Positions 15,331 through 30,350 of a stretch of DNA of 64,000 nucleotides are shown one piece after another. The stretch is from the human T2T-CHM13v2.0 reference genome, Homo sapiens, in assembly GCF_009914755.1 (NCBI RefSeq), contig NC_060931.1. One strand, written 5' to 3'. Each line of letters starts with the position of its first letter. Within the stretch, counting starts at the first letter, position 1. The notes beneath the pieces were generated by a model. The model was not told the DNA's origin, made no database searches, and worked only from the letters and a program-made list of their open reading frames with translations. The position numbers were made by a program, and so were the translations under genes.

Positions 15331-16424
15331 TGTGTTGGTAGAAGCAGAACTTCATACTTAAAGAACCTATAATCTTTAGGCTACAATAGCAATTAAGTAT
15401 TTTATTTATCCCCTATAAATTAACATAAAATAATATGAAACTATTAAAATTGACCTTATTGCAAACTCTCACTAACTCAATGATTTATTCATATTGAATA
15501 GATTGCCTTTTCTATTTTCCTTACATTTCCAGTTCCTTTCACCACATAATCTTTACTTTTTTTCTGAAGCCATTGTTTATTCTTCCAATTTTTCCTGGCT
15601 CAAATATCTGTATTTATATAGAATCCCATTTCTTTACCTTCTCTCTGCAAGAGTCATTCAGCCACTTGAGCTCTACTTTCATCCTTTCTGTCTTTATAAC
15701 TATGTTTTAAAAATTATTTTCATTACGCTTTTGAACACTTAATTTTCTATGTCATGTCACTGTGCAAGACAATCTTCGTGCTTCTATATCTTTTCTTGAA
15801 CTTACTCTCCTTCAAGCAACTATATTCCCTTTCTTTACTATCAAATATCTTGGGAATATAGTATTCCCTTTATTGTCTCCCATTTCATTTGAAATTATAC
15901 TGACACAATTTCACCAACGATTTTCTCCTTCTGTGTCCTATGGCCTTTTTCTTATCTCCTTAACCTGGCTTCAAAAAACACTAGACTTATGTTACATTAA
16001 CTTTACATTATTAACTTTTTTATTTTTCCAAATATCCTTCTTACTAATCTGGTTTTTCATTTTTGTCATTTTGTTTCTAAAATGTAGGCATCCCTCAAGG
16101 TTTCAGATTTTGTTGTCAACTCCCTATCCCCATAACTCTCTATACTACATTACTTATTGATGTCTTCTCATCCTAAGGTCCAAAATGTTACCTGCATTAA
16201 ATTAATTACTAAATTTAAATCTCTAAGTCCCTCCTTCTCTGACAGTCATTTAAGCAATAACTGCTTACGGTATTCTTTATTCACTCCTCTTTTAATTTTG
16301 TTATCTAAGCAGTTGCTTCGCTAAGAAAATTATACTTCCACTAAAAGCCTTCTTCCTGCTGTCATCGCTCTAATTCACATCACCTATCAAGTCTCTTTTT
16401 TTAAAAGTCATGAAAATATTAACT

Positions 16425-18456
16425 ATTTTTTTATAATTTCAAGTTTTATTTTAGATTCAGGGAATACTAATGCAGGTTTGTTACATGGGTATATTACATG
16501 AAACTGAGGTTTGGAATATGAATAATCCAGTCACCCAGTTGGTGAGCATAGTACCCAATAGGTAGTTTTACAGCCCTTTCCCCACTCCCACTCTCCCCCT
16601 TCCAGTAGTCCCCAGTGTTTATTGCTCCCATCTTTATGTCCATGTGAACCCAATGTTTAGCTTCCACTTATAAGTGTGAACATGTGATATCTGGTTTTCT
16701 GTTACTGAGTTAATTCATTTAGAATAATGGCCTCCAGCTGCATCCATGCTGCTACAAAAGACATAATTTCATTCCTTTTATGGCTATTTAGTATTGCATG
16801 GTGTACGTGTAACACACTTTCGATATCAAATCCATCATTGATGGGCACCTATGTTGATTTCATGTCTGTGCTACTGTAATTAGTGCTGCAATAAACACAC
16901 GAGTGCACGTGTGCCTTTTTGGTGGAATGATTTATTTTCCTTCAGGTATATACCCAGTAATGAGATTGCTCGGTCAAATGGTGGTTCTGTTTTTAGTTCC
17001 TTGAGAAATTTCCAAAACTGCATACCACAGTGACTGAACTGATTTATATTCCCATCAACAGGATATGAACATTCCCTTTTCTCTGCAGCCTCACCAGCCT
17101 CTGTTATTTTTTTTTTGTCTTTTTTTATAACAGCCATTCTGGCTGAAGTGAGATGGAATCTCATTGTGGTTTTAATTTGCATATCTCTGATAATTACTGA
17201 TGTTGAACATTTTTTCATGTTTGTTGGCTGCTTGTATGTCTTTCAAAAAGTGTCTGTTCATGTCCTTTGCCCACTTTTTAATGGAATTACTTATTGTTTT
17301 ACTATTTGAGTTGTTTAAGTTCCTTATAGATTCTGGATATTAGACCTTTGTTGGATGCAGTTTTTGAATATTTTCTCCCACTGTGTAGGTTGTTTACTCT
17401 GTTGATAGCTTCTTTTGCTGTGCAGAAGCTCTTTGGTTTAATTAGGTCCCAATTGTCTATTTTCCTTTCTGTTGCAATTGCTTTTGAGGGCTTACTCATA
17501 ACTTCCTTGCTAAGGCCTATGTCCAGAATGGCGTTTCCTAAGTTTTCTTCCAAGGTTTTTATAGTTTGAGGTCTTACACTCAGATCTTTAATTCACCTTG
17601 AGTTACTTTTTGTATACAGTGAGAGGTAGGGGCCCAGTTTCATTCTTCACATATAGCTAGCCAGCTATCCCAGCACCATCTATTAAACAGGGAGTCCTTT
17701 AGCCATTGTTTATTTTTGTCAACTCTGTTGAAGATCAGGTGGCTGTAAGTGTGTGACTTTACTTCTGGGTTCTCTATTCTGTTCCATTGGTCTATGTGTC
17801 TGTTTTTGTGCCAGTACTCTGCTGTTTTGGTTACTACAGCCTTACAGTAAAGTCTGAAGTTGCATCATATGATGCCCTCAGCTTTGTTCGTTTTGCTTAG
17901 GATTGCTTTGGCTATTTGGGATCTTTTCTGGTCTCACATGAATTTTAGAATAATGTTTTCAAATTCTTTAAAAAATTATGTTGGTAGTGTGATAGCTATA
18001 TATTTGAATATGTACGTTGCATTGGGCAGTATGACATTTTAATATTAATTGTTTCAATCCATGAGCATGGAATATTTTTCCATTTGTTTGTGTCATCTAT
18101 GATTTCAGCAGTGTTGTGTAGTTTTTCTTGTAAAGGTGTTTTACCTCCTTTGTTATATGTATCCTGGGCAGTGTGTGTGTATGTATTGTAAATGGAATTG
18201 CATTCTTGATTTTGCCCTTAGCTTGAATATTCTTGCTGTGTAGAAATGCTACTAGTTTTTTGTATGATGAATTTGTATCCTGAAACATTGCTGAAGTCAT
18301 TAATCAATCTTAGGAGCCTTTTGGTGGTGTCTTTGGAGTTTTCTAGGTAAAAAATCATATCATCAGACAAGCAAGATCATTAATTTGAGTTCTTGTTTTC
18401 CTATTTGGATGAGTTTTATTTCTTTCTTTTGCCTGATTGTGTTGGCTAGGACTTCC
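16425..18456 (-). mobile_element. L1PA15/16-like LINE, ~2 kb 3' portion, decayed ORF2
   Basis: Antisense L1 3' UTR at left; ORF2-derived peptides [24 protein letters not shown] and [27 protein letters not shown] in the ORF track. Confidence 0.92.
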
Positions 18457-19787
18457 TATTTAGTTTACTAGTCTATTTGACCCTCTTCCCTTAATTTACT
18501 CTGCATATTCAAGTTGTTAATTTTTCAAGAATATAGCTCTGATTATTTCACCACTGTCTTGCTCAAAAACTTTATTTTATTGTTCCCAGAGTAGAAAAAC
18601 TGATTGGAATCAGAGAATTCAATAATTTAAGATGCATTTACCTTCACAAAGGGTTCCCACTGATTTGCTTGAGGCCCTCTTGGTTCTAATCAAACTGCAT
18701 TCAACATTTCATTCTAATATTTTAGTTAAGATGCTGAATACAAGGAACAGAAACCTGTGCAAGCTAATTAAAATAAAGGAAAGTCTGTTGAAAAGACACA
18801 AGATCTTTAAATAGAACTAAATAATTACATCCTATGAAACCTGGAGATGAGTCTTGGGAACCTATCAAAGATTGAAGCAATTTCTCAAAGCTTTTTTTGC
18901 TTCTCAGTAGCAAATGCATCAAATATAGCTTCCACTGTCCCGATTTCAGGTGATATTTCTAGGATCTCTACCATCCTACTGCTGGAACTTTGTTTCTTAG
19001 TTCTAAGATTTAAAAGGCAGACTCTGATTGGCAGCTGGGCAACTAATAGAATGATTCCAGGTAGGCTGTATGTCCAAAGAAGGAGTCACAAGCTGGCCGA
19101 GCAATCAAAACTTGTCAATTTGAGAACATATACTATGTCTCCTGCTTTGGGGCCATTGTTTACATTGCGCCTTCTACCTGTAATTGTACCCATTTCTTAT
19201 TCCTCTTCTTTCCAAATACTTAAACTATTCATTCTTTAAGCCCCCACACAAATGCAATATCCACCCTGAAGTTTTTCCTGATTGTTCAACTGAAAGTAAT
19301 CTCTCCCTCCTGCCATGGCTCTTTCTCTGCATCTCTGCTACATCAAGTCTTATCTCCCAAGTTAAGCTAAAAGCAGAAGCTAGAGTATCCCCTACAATGC
19401 TCAGGTCAGTACGTGTAACACAATACAGCTTGGTAAGTGTTTGCTAAATGGCAAATAGCATTCAGAAGGAAAATTAAAAGCAAAAGTACTTCTAAACCTT
19501 AAGCTGAAATGTTTTTTTTTTTTTTTCAGAAAGTATGCCATGTATTGCCATAAGTATTCCCACAAAAAGGAAAAATGATGGACATTAATCTCAGTTACAC
19601 GAGAGATAGAGAGAGAGAGATGACATTTATGCCCCAGGTGGGAAACTCGCATGATAAATTTACTTTTACTTTTAAGAAGAAAAACAAGAACAAATTTAAA
19701 AATCCAATCATTTAATAAGAATTTACTGTAGAACTTAGAGGACTATTTCCATATGTTAAAACCTCACTTGTAGTAATAACATTCTTT

Positions 19788-19800
19788 GTTTCCTAGCAAC
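19788..19800. promoter_or_regulatory. Candidate RFX X-box
   Basis: gtttcctagcaac closely matches the RFX imperfect palindrome (GTTNCC-N-RGYAAC); motif match only, function untested. Confidence 0.3.
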
Positions 19801-21178
19801 AAAACTATTTTCTGTTAACCACGCAATTACCCTCCCCTAAACAGGACAACTGTTGAACTCTGCTGGATTGCTAATCAGTCTATTACCTTCTGCAGAGAAA
19901 GGCAATATGAACTCCAGGCCACAAGATAAGATATACAAGTATATTGCAATTTCTTAGTTTCTGCTAGTCTTTCGAGCTCTAAATTGCACAAATTTATTGT
20001 TCAGATTATCTAAGGCAAAAGTCTGTTTGCTAGGTAGGGACTGTGATCTATCATTAAGCAAAGGCTATGGAGCTACTGAAGTATGTCTGCACCAAACTGC
20101 TAAAATTCATTAAAACATTAGCATAATAACCTTTACTATACTTGAAAGTGGGAACAGAAAATTTATGTTTACTTCAAGACAGTTGCTCTGTTCCTCCATA
20201 GTGTACAGTTGATACGTATGCTAGAGTTTGTTGGAATAGTCTGTTAGCTTTTGGGATGAACAGTTCAACATGACTTGGTCTCTGCGACATTCATTTAGCT
20301 CATTTTGGCATTCTTTCTTGAAATCTTACTCCTCATCTAGGGCCCTGTCTGGTTTATTAGAGTAGCTTATATTTCTCACATATTTTGCATAAAACTTTTG
20401 AACTGTAAACAATGAATTGTATTTGTAATCTCTATACTTAAGGACTTTAACTGTGAGGCATCTCCTACATGATTCTTAGATAAAGAAAGATAAGTAGTCT
20501 TCAGTGTTTCATTCATTTATTTCTAGTAACCTCTCTATTCCTAGAGATTCCCAATAAATTGCATATTATTGTCTCTCACAATAATTTTGCTGGACATTTA
20601 TGTTTCCGTGTCCAAACTGGAGTCTTCTTTAGTAGAATTATATCAGGCGTTTGTGTTTTGCCTAGCCAACATTTCACCAGGGGATCCTTTTAATTGGATT
20701 TGTCCTAGGCTTGGTGAATGAAATTCCAATGAAAGTTTTTCTTTGACTTTTTTTCCTAAGCAAGTGTTTTGATTATAGTTAATGATGTCACCAAGGGGTG
20801 ACATTAGCCCCATAAATAAACCCCCACCAGTCTCTCCAAAGTTCCCTTTTCCAAAATAAGCATGTATTATAAGTACAAATGACAAGTTTGCTATGCAAAC
20901 ACAGCTTCTGAAAACATCCCCTAGTGCTACCCTTTTCCCAACTTAATTATTATCATTATGTCCCTTATACATATGCATTATCTTCTAATACAGCTTTCTA
21001 TGGGCTGTTTTCTTTGTAGAACAGGAAGAAGTAGCATTTTATCTGAGTTCATGCCTATCTTTAGCGCCTACCAGTGAAACACACATAAACCATATACTCA
21101 ATAGCTGTGTGTTGAACAAAACTATTTTTGGAGAGGTTCAAGTTTACCTTTTGGCTGACAAATTTTGTGTATGAAGTG

Positions 21179-21181
<3 letters not shown>

Positions 21182-21220
<39 letters not shown>
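21182..21220. repeat. (TG)n microsatellite, ~19 units
   Basis: Direct reading. Confidence 0.98.
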
Positions 21221-21221
<1 letters not shown>

Positions 21222-22423
21222 GTCAATCTGACCATTGGAGTAAATGTAACTCAGCATAACAATTTAAAAACTTTTCATTTAAAATAATGATAAAATCTAT
21301 TATTTTCCCTAAGTTTAGTTTACATAGATCTTGGTCAGATGTAGCATCTTTTGCATTTTTAATATGCAACGGTACCAGTGAATATTTAAGAGAGATAAAA
21401 AGTTATTTTATGCTTCAGGATTAATTATATTACTGTGTGGCTGGTGACTTCATATTCTTAGTCCTTTAATTTTTCCTGTTGGGTAATGATATAAACCTAA
21501 ATGAAAGCAAAATAGAACTTTGAGATCTTAGAAATTTACAAATTCTCTTGTGTTTGGCTGACCCATTTGTTTTATGTATAATGTTTCTGGGTTTGCTGCC
21601 TATAATGACCTCTACTTGCTCCTTCTTTTATGAGGAATAATTTAGCCCTCCCATATGTATACCTTAAGGCCCTGTTTAAAGAACACCTACTTTAAAAGCC
21701 TTTCTTATTTCTTTCTCTTCACCTTCACTTGTCTTACACTGACCAAACTGTGATAGCAAAGACAGATATTGTAGTGGAGTTGCTTTAGATATCTGTCTCA
21801 TTAAACCAGAAGCTTGTTAGCATGAATGACTTAGTTTTATTTTCTTTGTATTCTTAAAGACTCAACTAATATCTAGACAACAGAAAGAACTCAATAACTG
21901 TGTGTTGTAGGTATATCACTTGATGTAAGTGTATTTTCAAAGGCTGAGTTAATAATATATGTCTATACATAAAAAATATGCATACCTGATAGCAATGATC
22001 TTTTTAAATGCCACTTTAGAAATACTATGACAGTAAGTGTCAATGGTGGATTGCTAGCTCAGGAATGATTTCTGATTTATGAATAAAACTATTCATCCTT
22101 GTCATTGCAAGGTAATTAATGTAAATTTCATTTGCATATTCTTGGCTTTTTTTTTAATTATTTAATCTTGTAATCACTCCTAGTAATACTCTGAAAAGGT
22201 GACCTTAGGAGGCGATTAACATATTTGTTTAAAATAATGGAATAATTGCTTGTTTAATAGCGTAGTGTTTCAACAAGTAAACAATTGATTAACCTAGAAA
22301 GAATGCTTCTCAAGCTGAAAAAATTAGTGTACAATGCTAATATATGTCATCTTTTAAAAGAACAAATAATAAATTTATTAAAATATTAAAGGAATCTAAG
22401 ATTTGGTAGAAATGGACAGACTT

Positions 22424-22862
<439 letters not shown>

Positions 22863-23200
22863 TTATACCTTAAGCTCAGCCCTGTGCTTTGTACCAATGT
22901 CTTTTACTACAGTACTTCCTGTTTCCACAGATTCTACAATCACTCTTCCATCCTTTCTCTCTTTGTTATTTCTTCGCATTCTAGTTCTTACAAAGTTGTT
23001 ATTTTCACTTCCTATGATGCTTTTCATTTTTCTGGCATCCTCCATGTCACTTATCACATGTTTTTCTACTTTCTGCTGTCACATACTCTTCATTGCAACT
23101 GGCAATCTTTTTCCTCTATTTTGTGCCACTGTCCAATTCTTCTGAGCCTATTCTTTCTCATACTCAAGAAGCCTGGTTCTTTTTAAAGAAGGAGAATTCC

Positions 23201-23529
<329 letters not shown>

Positions 23530-24084
23530 CTAACTCAGATTCTCTCTCTTTGAGAGGCCACATAGAATTTCACCTGTTAATGCCATAAGAAGAGATCTCT
23601 TTGCATAGGGATCTTTCATATATTTCACAGACTGGAGTTTTTTCCTCCATTTCTAATAAAAACTCGGTTAATAACGTTAAGAAAATTAATCTAGAATGGT
23701 ATATATTCTATCTTCAATTACTCCCCATCCTATCTCAATTATTTTTATTTTAATTCACAGAATATAATAATCCTAAGAAGTTGTATAATGGTTTTCTATT
23801 TATTTCAATGAAATTACGCTAGTCAACACTAAATTATTTAAAATATGCTGAACCTTTTTTATTCACAACTTATCGGCCTTTATGAAAATTAAAAATGTGG
23901 GCACTACAAACACTGGTAGTCAGGTATCCTCTTGAGTGCCCAAAGTGAAACCACTTAATACTTCTCAAAGAGCTATAAAATGACAATACTTTTTCTAAGA
24001 AATAGCTTATTTTAATAGAATATTTTCTCTTTGCCAAAGCATTATTCTAAAAAAATTTAATGTATTAACTGAGTAGGTCCTCCG

Positions 24085-24200
24085 TACAATGCTATCAGGT
24101 ATAGATTATATTTAATCCTGTTTTTCACAGATGAGAAAATTGAAACATAGAGAGCCTGAGTAACAACCAACCCAAAGTCATCCTAGATCCAGGCAGCTTG
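24085..24200 (-). mobile_element. MIR fragment
   Basis: tttttcacagatgagaaaattgaaacatagagag resembles the MIR core. Confidence 0.6.
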
Positions 24201-24486
24201 CAGTCAGGAACTACACGTAGGAGATGCCTAGAAGCATGCCTAGCCACCAACATAGTCTGTAGAGGTTGGCAGATATTCTTTGTTCAATGAATACTTATTA
24301 AAATGAGTAGACGCAGTAAGTGAATGAAGTTGAGAATATAGGCAACTGTAAAGAGGTAGGATTCGTTGGTTTAGCTTTCCTCAGTAGCTTAGGCATGCTT
24401 TGTGAGAATTTGTTTATAGAAATAATATAGGAAGCATCATATATAACTTAAATCATCTTTTCTTAATGAATTAAAAATAGAATCAT

Positions 24487-25003
24487 CATTCAGCCCAGCT
24501 ATCCCATTACTCAGTATATACACAAAGGAAAATAAATCATTCTACCAAAAAGACATCTGTACTCACTTGTTGACTTCAGCACTATTCACAACAGCAAAGA
24601 CATGGAGTCAACTTAGGTGCCAATAGCAGTGGATTGAATTAAAAAAATATAGTACATATACATATGGAATACTACACAGCCACAAAAAAATTACATCATG
24701 TCCTTTGCAGCAACATGGATGCAGCTGCAGGCCACTATCCTGAGTAAATTACCACAGAAACAGAAAACCAAATACCACATGTTCTCACTTATAAGTGGGA
24801 CCTAACCACTGGGTACAGACATAAAGATGGGAACAATAGACACTGGAGACTACAAAAGTGGGGAGGAAGGAAGGGGGCAAGGGTTGGACAACTACCTATC
24901 GGGTACTATGTTCATTATTTGGGTGACAATTTCAATTGAAGCCCAAACCTCAGCATGATGCAATATATTCATGTAACAAACCTGCATGTCCTCTGAATCT
25001 AAA
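24487..25003 (+). mobile_element. L1PA15/16- or L1PB-like 3' end
   Basis: cagctatcccattactcagtatatacacaaagg...ccacatgttctcacttataagtggg...tgtaacaaacctgca...tctgaatctaaa. Confidence 0.88.
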
Positions 25004-26309
25004 CCTTTTACAAAATTGATTAATTAAATCATCCAATGTAAGTAGTATGTAAGTTTGAGTCATATACCAATTTCATGAAAATGTTATCAATAAAATTGCA
25101 ATCTTACATTGATTATAAAGTTAAATGTTAATTACATACACATGTGTTTATGCTAAAAGAGGTTTTCTACCTTAGTATTTGTTAGAGTAAAATTATTTGA
25201 GAAAATAAATGACATAGATTTCTGATTTTAATTATGCATTGTTACTTCTTTTGGACTTCATCCAATCCAGTGGATATCCAATGCTAGTTCTTTGCACACA
25301 TTACATAATTTTATCCCCCAAACCACCCTTTGTATTATTATTGTCATTAGGAGAAATGTTCACAACATTAAATATCATGCATAGCTAGAGCATGGACTAT
25401 TCAGAATGCAAGCCAGCCATGAAGGGGCTGGGTTCTGAAGGGCACTTGCTGAGTCTAATCCTGCCTTTTTCATTGCTAGGTAGGGGAAATTCTGGGCAGG
25501 GCATTCTAGAGGAGCACTCAGGTGACCAGGTTTTTGGGGTGGGGCACTTAGAGGATTCAGAGCAATAATTATTTACCAACTGCTATCCCTTATGAAATAA
25601 TTTTAATGTGTTTGTGCAATTAGCTGTCATTAGTTGCACAGCTGTTAAATAATCTTCTCTAAATTTCCATTAATTTTAATGGGAAAAAATTATGATGCAT
25701 TTCACTCTGACCTAAGACACTCAAATAATTTTCAAAGACAGAAAAAAAATGAACAATCAAAAACAAGCCAATATCACGTAAGCTTATCACGTTGACCAAA
25801 GGAAGAAGAGAAGTGTCAATAGCAGGTGGAGGTAGGTGGATAAAAGTACTAAAGACTCATACTGGGGAAGGAAATAAATAAAGGAAAATCCAAATGACTG
25901 ACTTTCAAACATTTTGGGAGGTACATGATTATTGTGCACTCAAACTGCACTTAAAAATGGTTATAACACAAAGGGAAAATACCTGTAGCACACACGTAAA
26001 GATACTAAACCTGAGATCCCTTGGAAATTCATGAAACTAGGGCATGCTCACAACAGATTGAAATGTCATAAAAGTACCTACTTCTTCATACCTCTCACCT
26101 GGTATAAGAATACAAAGCAAGCATACTAACACAGTTTATAACTGAAAATTGTTTTGTATGATAATCTCTGACCAAAAGCTGATGTCTTGAATAAATTGGT
26201 AAACTTCTGTCTCTTTGCCTGAAACTGAAGTGTTAACATTTTTCTTCATAGAGAGTATTCATTTAGTAAATTGTGGGACAGAAAAATGATTATGCTGAGA
26301 TAAAGTAGT

Positions 26310-26661
26310 TGATATGGTTTGACTCTGTGTCCCCACCCAAATCTCACCTTGAATTGTAATAATCCCCCGGTTTCAAGGGTAGGTAGAGATAATTGAATCA
26401 TGGGGGCGGTTTCCCCCATGGTGCTCTCGAGATAGTGAGTGAGTTCTCACTACATTTGATAGTTTTATAAGGGAGTTCCCCCTTCGCTCTTGCTAGGCAC
26501 TCATTCTCTCTCACCCTGTGAAGAGTTATCTTCCAACATGATCGTGAGTTTCCTGAGGCCTCCCCAGCCATGCAGAACTGTGAGTCAGTTAAACCTCTTT
26601 TTTAAATAAATTACCCAGTCTTGGGTATTTCCTTATAGCAATGTGAGTACAGATTAACACA
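26310..26661 (+). mobile_element. THE1 (MaLR) solo LTR
   Basis: Begins tgatatggtttgactctgtgtccccacccaaatctc and ends ...gattaacaca; 5-bp TSD gtagt at 26305-26309 and 26662-26666. Confidence 0.93.
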
Positions 26662-26769
26662 GTAGTCATCTGAAAAGTGGTACAACTTTTTAAGTGTCAT
26701 TATGCCTTTTAAATATTTGAGGATTTAGCAACCAATAGAGCCATATGGGGCATACAGCTGAGTATTAGA

Positions 26770-26905
26770 CTTGGTCATTCCTATTTCCCATTGAGGCAAA
26801 TAAGAACAGTGAGAGGTTAATTAACCAAACCTCAGTAATAAAACTAGTAAGATACAGAGTCAGAACTTCAACCCAATTCTGTCTGATTTCAAAGCCTGTG
26901 CTCTA
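26770..26905 (-). mobile_element. MIR fragment
   Basis: gagaggttaa...cagaacttcaacccaattctgtctgatttcaaagcctgtgctc. Confidence 0.6.
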
Positions 26906-27319
26906 AATAGTTTTGCTATGCATAGAGTTTTCCTGTTTATGTCTGTTGCCAATATTTGAGTGATAAAAAATAATTATAGAGTTTTCTATTTAATAAATGG
27001 GTAAGCAAGTTATCAGATTTGCAAAGCTCTGTTTTATGTGCAGGTAAAGTTAGTAGATAGTGTCTGGTGACCAGAAGAATACTAAGATGACCCTTGTGAC
27101 AATATTTCTCCTGCCAATACTCTCTTGCTAGCAATTAAAACTCTACTATGTAATAGTCTTCTACCAGTTCATAAACTTGACTTGGTTTAGAAATTGTCCA
27201 CAATGTAATATACTCTGGGATAAATAGTAAAGGAAGTTTCTATCATACATAAACGTCACATTTGAATTAACTAACCAGTTTCTTTCCAATGTAATGCCAT
27301 TGGGAGAATGTTGAAGTAT

Positions 27320-27420
27320 GAGTCAGAAGACCTGAGTTTTTGTTCTACCTTGGTCATTTACTAACTGATTGGTATTGGTTATGTCACTTAACCTTTCCAA
27401 ACCATATTTCTTTATGTAAT
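27320..27420 (+). mobile_element. MIR fragment
   Basis: gagtcagaagacctgagt...catttactaactg...gtcacttaacct. Confidence 0.6.
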
Positions 27421-28903
27421 GCAGGTAACAACGCCTTTACTACAGAACATTCCATGTGATCATGCAGGTGACAGTATTCTTAAAGCTATATGCCCCATCA
27501 ACAGGTAACCTTTCAATTTTGTCATGTGAGAGTGCCATAGAATCATATTCTACAGAGGAAAGCTTTAATTTAAATACTGAAATAAGGAGAGGCAGGAAAG
27601 GTCCTTAGGTACTTAGTATCAGAGAAGGGAGCTAAAAAATTGTGAAAAAGAGCTAAAAGGAAGGGAGAAATAAAGCAAACTTTACTTATTTTACAATTTT
27701 GTTTATAGATGGCCATAAGATTTAGTGTACAAGAAAACAGAAGTAAAGCTGACTAACTAAATGAAAAATAAAATGTAAGTTCTTTTTCACAGGCTGTCTA
27801 GAGTCCATTCTTTTGTGGTTCTTATCTTGGAAATGTGGATTTATTTAAAGTGGAAATCATTCTTGCATACTGTTTACAAAAATAAATCATTTCTAAGACT
27901 AAGTTAGTTGCCAGATAGAACAAATAAAGAGGGAAAAGAAAGGAGGAAGGAAGAAGCAAAGAGGGAGGGCAGGGAGGAAACAAATTTAAATATGAATATG
28001 AAAAATGCAACTTCTTGTAGAGAGTTCCTGCCGTGGACATTGGCTTTAAACTTCCCCTGCCACATTATTCCTCTTGTGTTATGGGATTTTATTTGCCAGC
28101 ACACATCCTGAATGTTGAGCCATTTAGAAATCATCCATTCATAGCTTGGAAAGCAAATAAGGTCAGAACATTTTCAGAGTACAAATAAATTATGACTACC
28201 ACCTTCCTGACCATCGTCATCTCTGCTGAACTGCTGAATGAATTTAAACTAATCTCTGTCAGTTTTAACCCATAGCAGATATGACCCTGAGACTTTTCTT
28301 CAATAAAAGTCAGTCGCAGCAAAATAACTTTGCTTCATTAGTAAACAGCCATAACTTCAGCAATATCTAGCTGTTAGTTAATAAGCAATGACTCTTCCTG
28401 GAGGTACCCGGAGCACAAATCATAAAAAATTGCAACCATTGCCATTTAGTTTCATTTCAACATATAACTAAAGTTAATGCTAGTTTCAGAAAAACATATA
28501 ACTTACTAATATGTCTATCACTGTGCTATATTTACTATAGTCAGTGCTTTTACTTTTAATATCATAAATATCTTTTAAACTTGAGAAACAATGACAATAT
28601 TTCTAAACATTACAAAATGTTAAAAATACTTGCAATGTAAACTCATGATTCTAGTGAAAAATAAGAGAATATTTTATTCACTGTTGTACATCCCATATGT
28701 TATTGTAAAGTAACTTATCCGTCAACCATAACTTTAAATGTGTTCGAGTATTTATATCTGTGAACTCTACCACTACTTTTTTCTTCTCTAATTTCATTGA
28801 AAAAAGCTTACAGATATAGATGTAACACTATTTTTAATCTTCCTTTCAATTTTGGCCATAAGATAAACTGAAGAACTGAGAACTCTTACTATGTCTAAGA
28901 AAC

Positions 28904-29060
28904 AGCTGAGTGAGGTTGCTTTCATCTGTAATCCCAGCACTTTGGGAGGATGAGGTGGAAGGATTGCTTTAGGCCAGGAGTTCAAGACCAACCTGGGTGA
29001 CAGAGTGAGACTCTATCTCAAAAAATAAAAAGAAAAGAAAAAAAAAAAAGAAAGAAAAGA
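28904..29060 (+). mobile_element. Alu monomer (FLAM-like)
   Basis: Single arm ...tgtaatcccagcactttgggagg...ggattgctttaggccaggagttcaagacc...gagactctatctc followed by an A-rich tail. Confidence 0.85.
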
Positions 29061-29074
29061 AGATAAACGAAATA

Positions 29075-29190
29075 GTATAGGTTGTGGTAATCATTATACA
29101 ATGTATGAATACATCAAATCATCACATTGTATACTTTGAATATATACAATTTTTATTTGACGATTATACTTCAATAAAGCTGGAAAAAGT
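29075..29190 (+). mobile_element. L1M 3' terminal fragment
   Basis: tgtggtaatcattatacaatgtatgaatacatcaaatcatcacattgtatac...cttcaataaagctggaaaaa. Confidence 0.7.
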
Positions 29191-30157
29191 AAAGTACATC
29201 TTTTATAGGCAAAAAAGAGAGACTTAGAAAGTCAGTAACATCCTATGTACTTTTTATTCCTTTGGAAAGGCAGAGGAGATATGTAAGGGAGAAAGAGAGA
29301 TGTTTCAGTGTCCAAAGATGCCCTGAAGATATTGTATTAGTGATGAAAATATGAAGACATTTGATTACAAAGGCTAACCACCTGTTTAGTCTATCCTTAA
29401 AAAAGTGTCCTTACATGACCCCCAAAGCTAGAAAATGCTAATGAAGGCCTAGATTCCGGGGTATCCATTGTGTTCATACTTGACCTTTCTTCTCTCACCA
29501 ATAGACCTATCAAAGCAAGCATTAATAATACATGTAATGTGATCCTTCTATCAGTATTCAGTCTTTATTTACCCACTGGAATCATTTTCTTTCTAGCAGA
29601 GTGGAACAAAACCTCGTTGACAACACAGTGACAAAATCATAACCTCCCTTGAAATAAATGTGGGCGTATTCCATAACTTACTATGAAATTGTTTTTTTCA
29701 TACAAAACATATCCCTGAATTTTTATTAATTTCAAAGTAGAAATATGAGTCTACAAATATATAATTCATGTTTACTTGCCTTTCAATTATATATATGTTT
29801 ATGTAAGTTTGTATGTATTATGAATGCTTACCATGCGCCAGGCTTTCTATTCAGTGCTGAGCACCTAGCAATGAAAATCAAAGTCAAAATTCCTTTCTCA
29901 TAGGAAACCAAAATCAACAACAAAACAAATAATAGAATCTCATGTAATGATTAATACTATAAAACATTTCCATCACAATGAACATATTCAAATTATTAAA
30001 CCTGGCTAATCACATATGTATAAATACATTTTTCTTGAATTAGGGTAAATAAATTTTATATTTAATTAAAAAACAAAAAACAAAAAATATATTTATAGTA
30101 TAAAAACATTATTAAATTATTAAACCACATGGGTCATTCTTTTATGATTTTGAGTGC

Positions 30158-30350
30158 TTTTTTTTTTTTGAGGTGGAGTGTCGCTGTGTCACCAGGCTGA
30201 AGCAATCTTGGCTCACTGCAATCTCTGCCTCTCGGGTTCAAGAGATTCTTCTGCCTCAGCCCCCCGAGTAGCTGGGACTATAGGCACACACTGCCACGCT
30301 CAGCTAACTTTTGTATTTTTAGTATAGATGGGGTTTCACCATGTTGGCCA
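30158..30350 (-). mobile_element. AluS, 5'-truncated with an internal deletion
   Basis: Poly-T, antisense right arm and linker; stops at ccatgttggcca. Confidence 0.9.

Noticed and set aside
15494-16160. Hydrophobic F/L/I-rich ORFs resembling membrane proteins (also 22761-23186)
   Set aside because: Artefact of T-rich, pyrimidine-biased sequence (possibly decayed L2); no conserved motifs.
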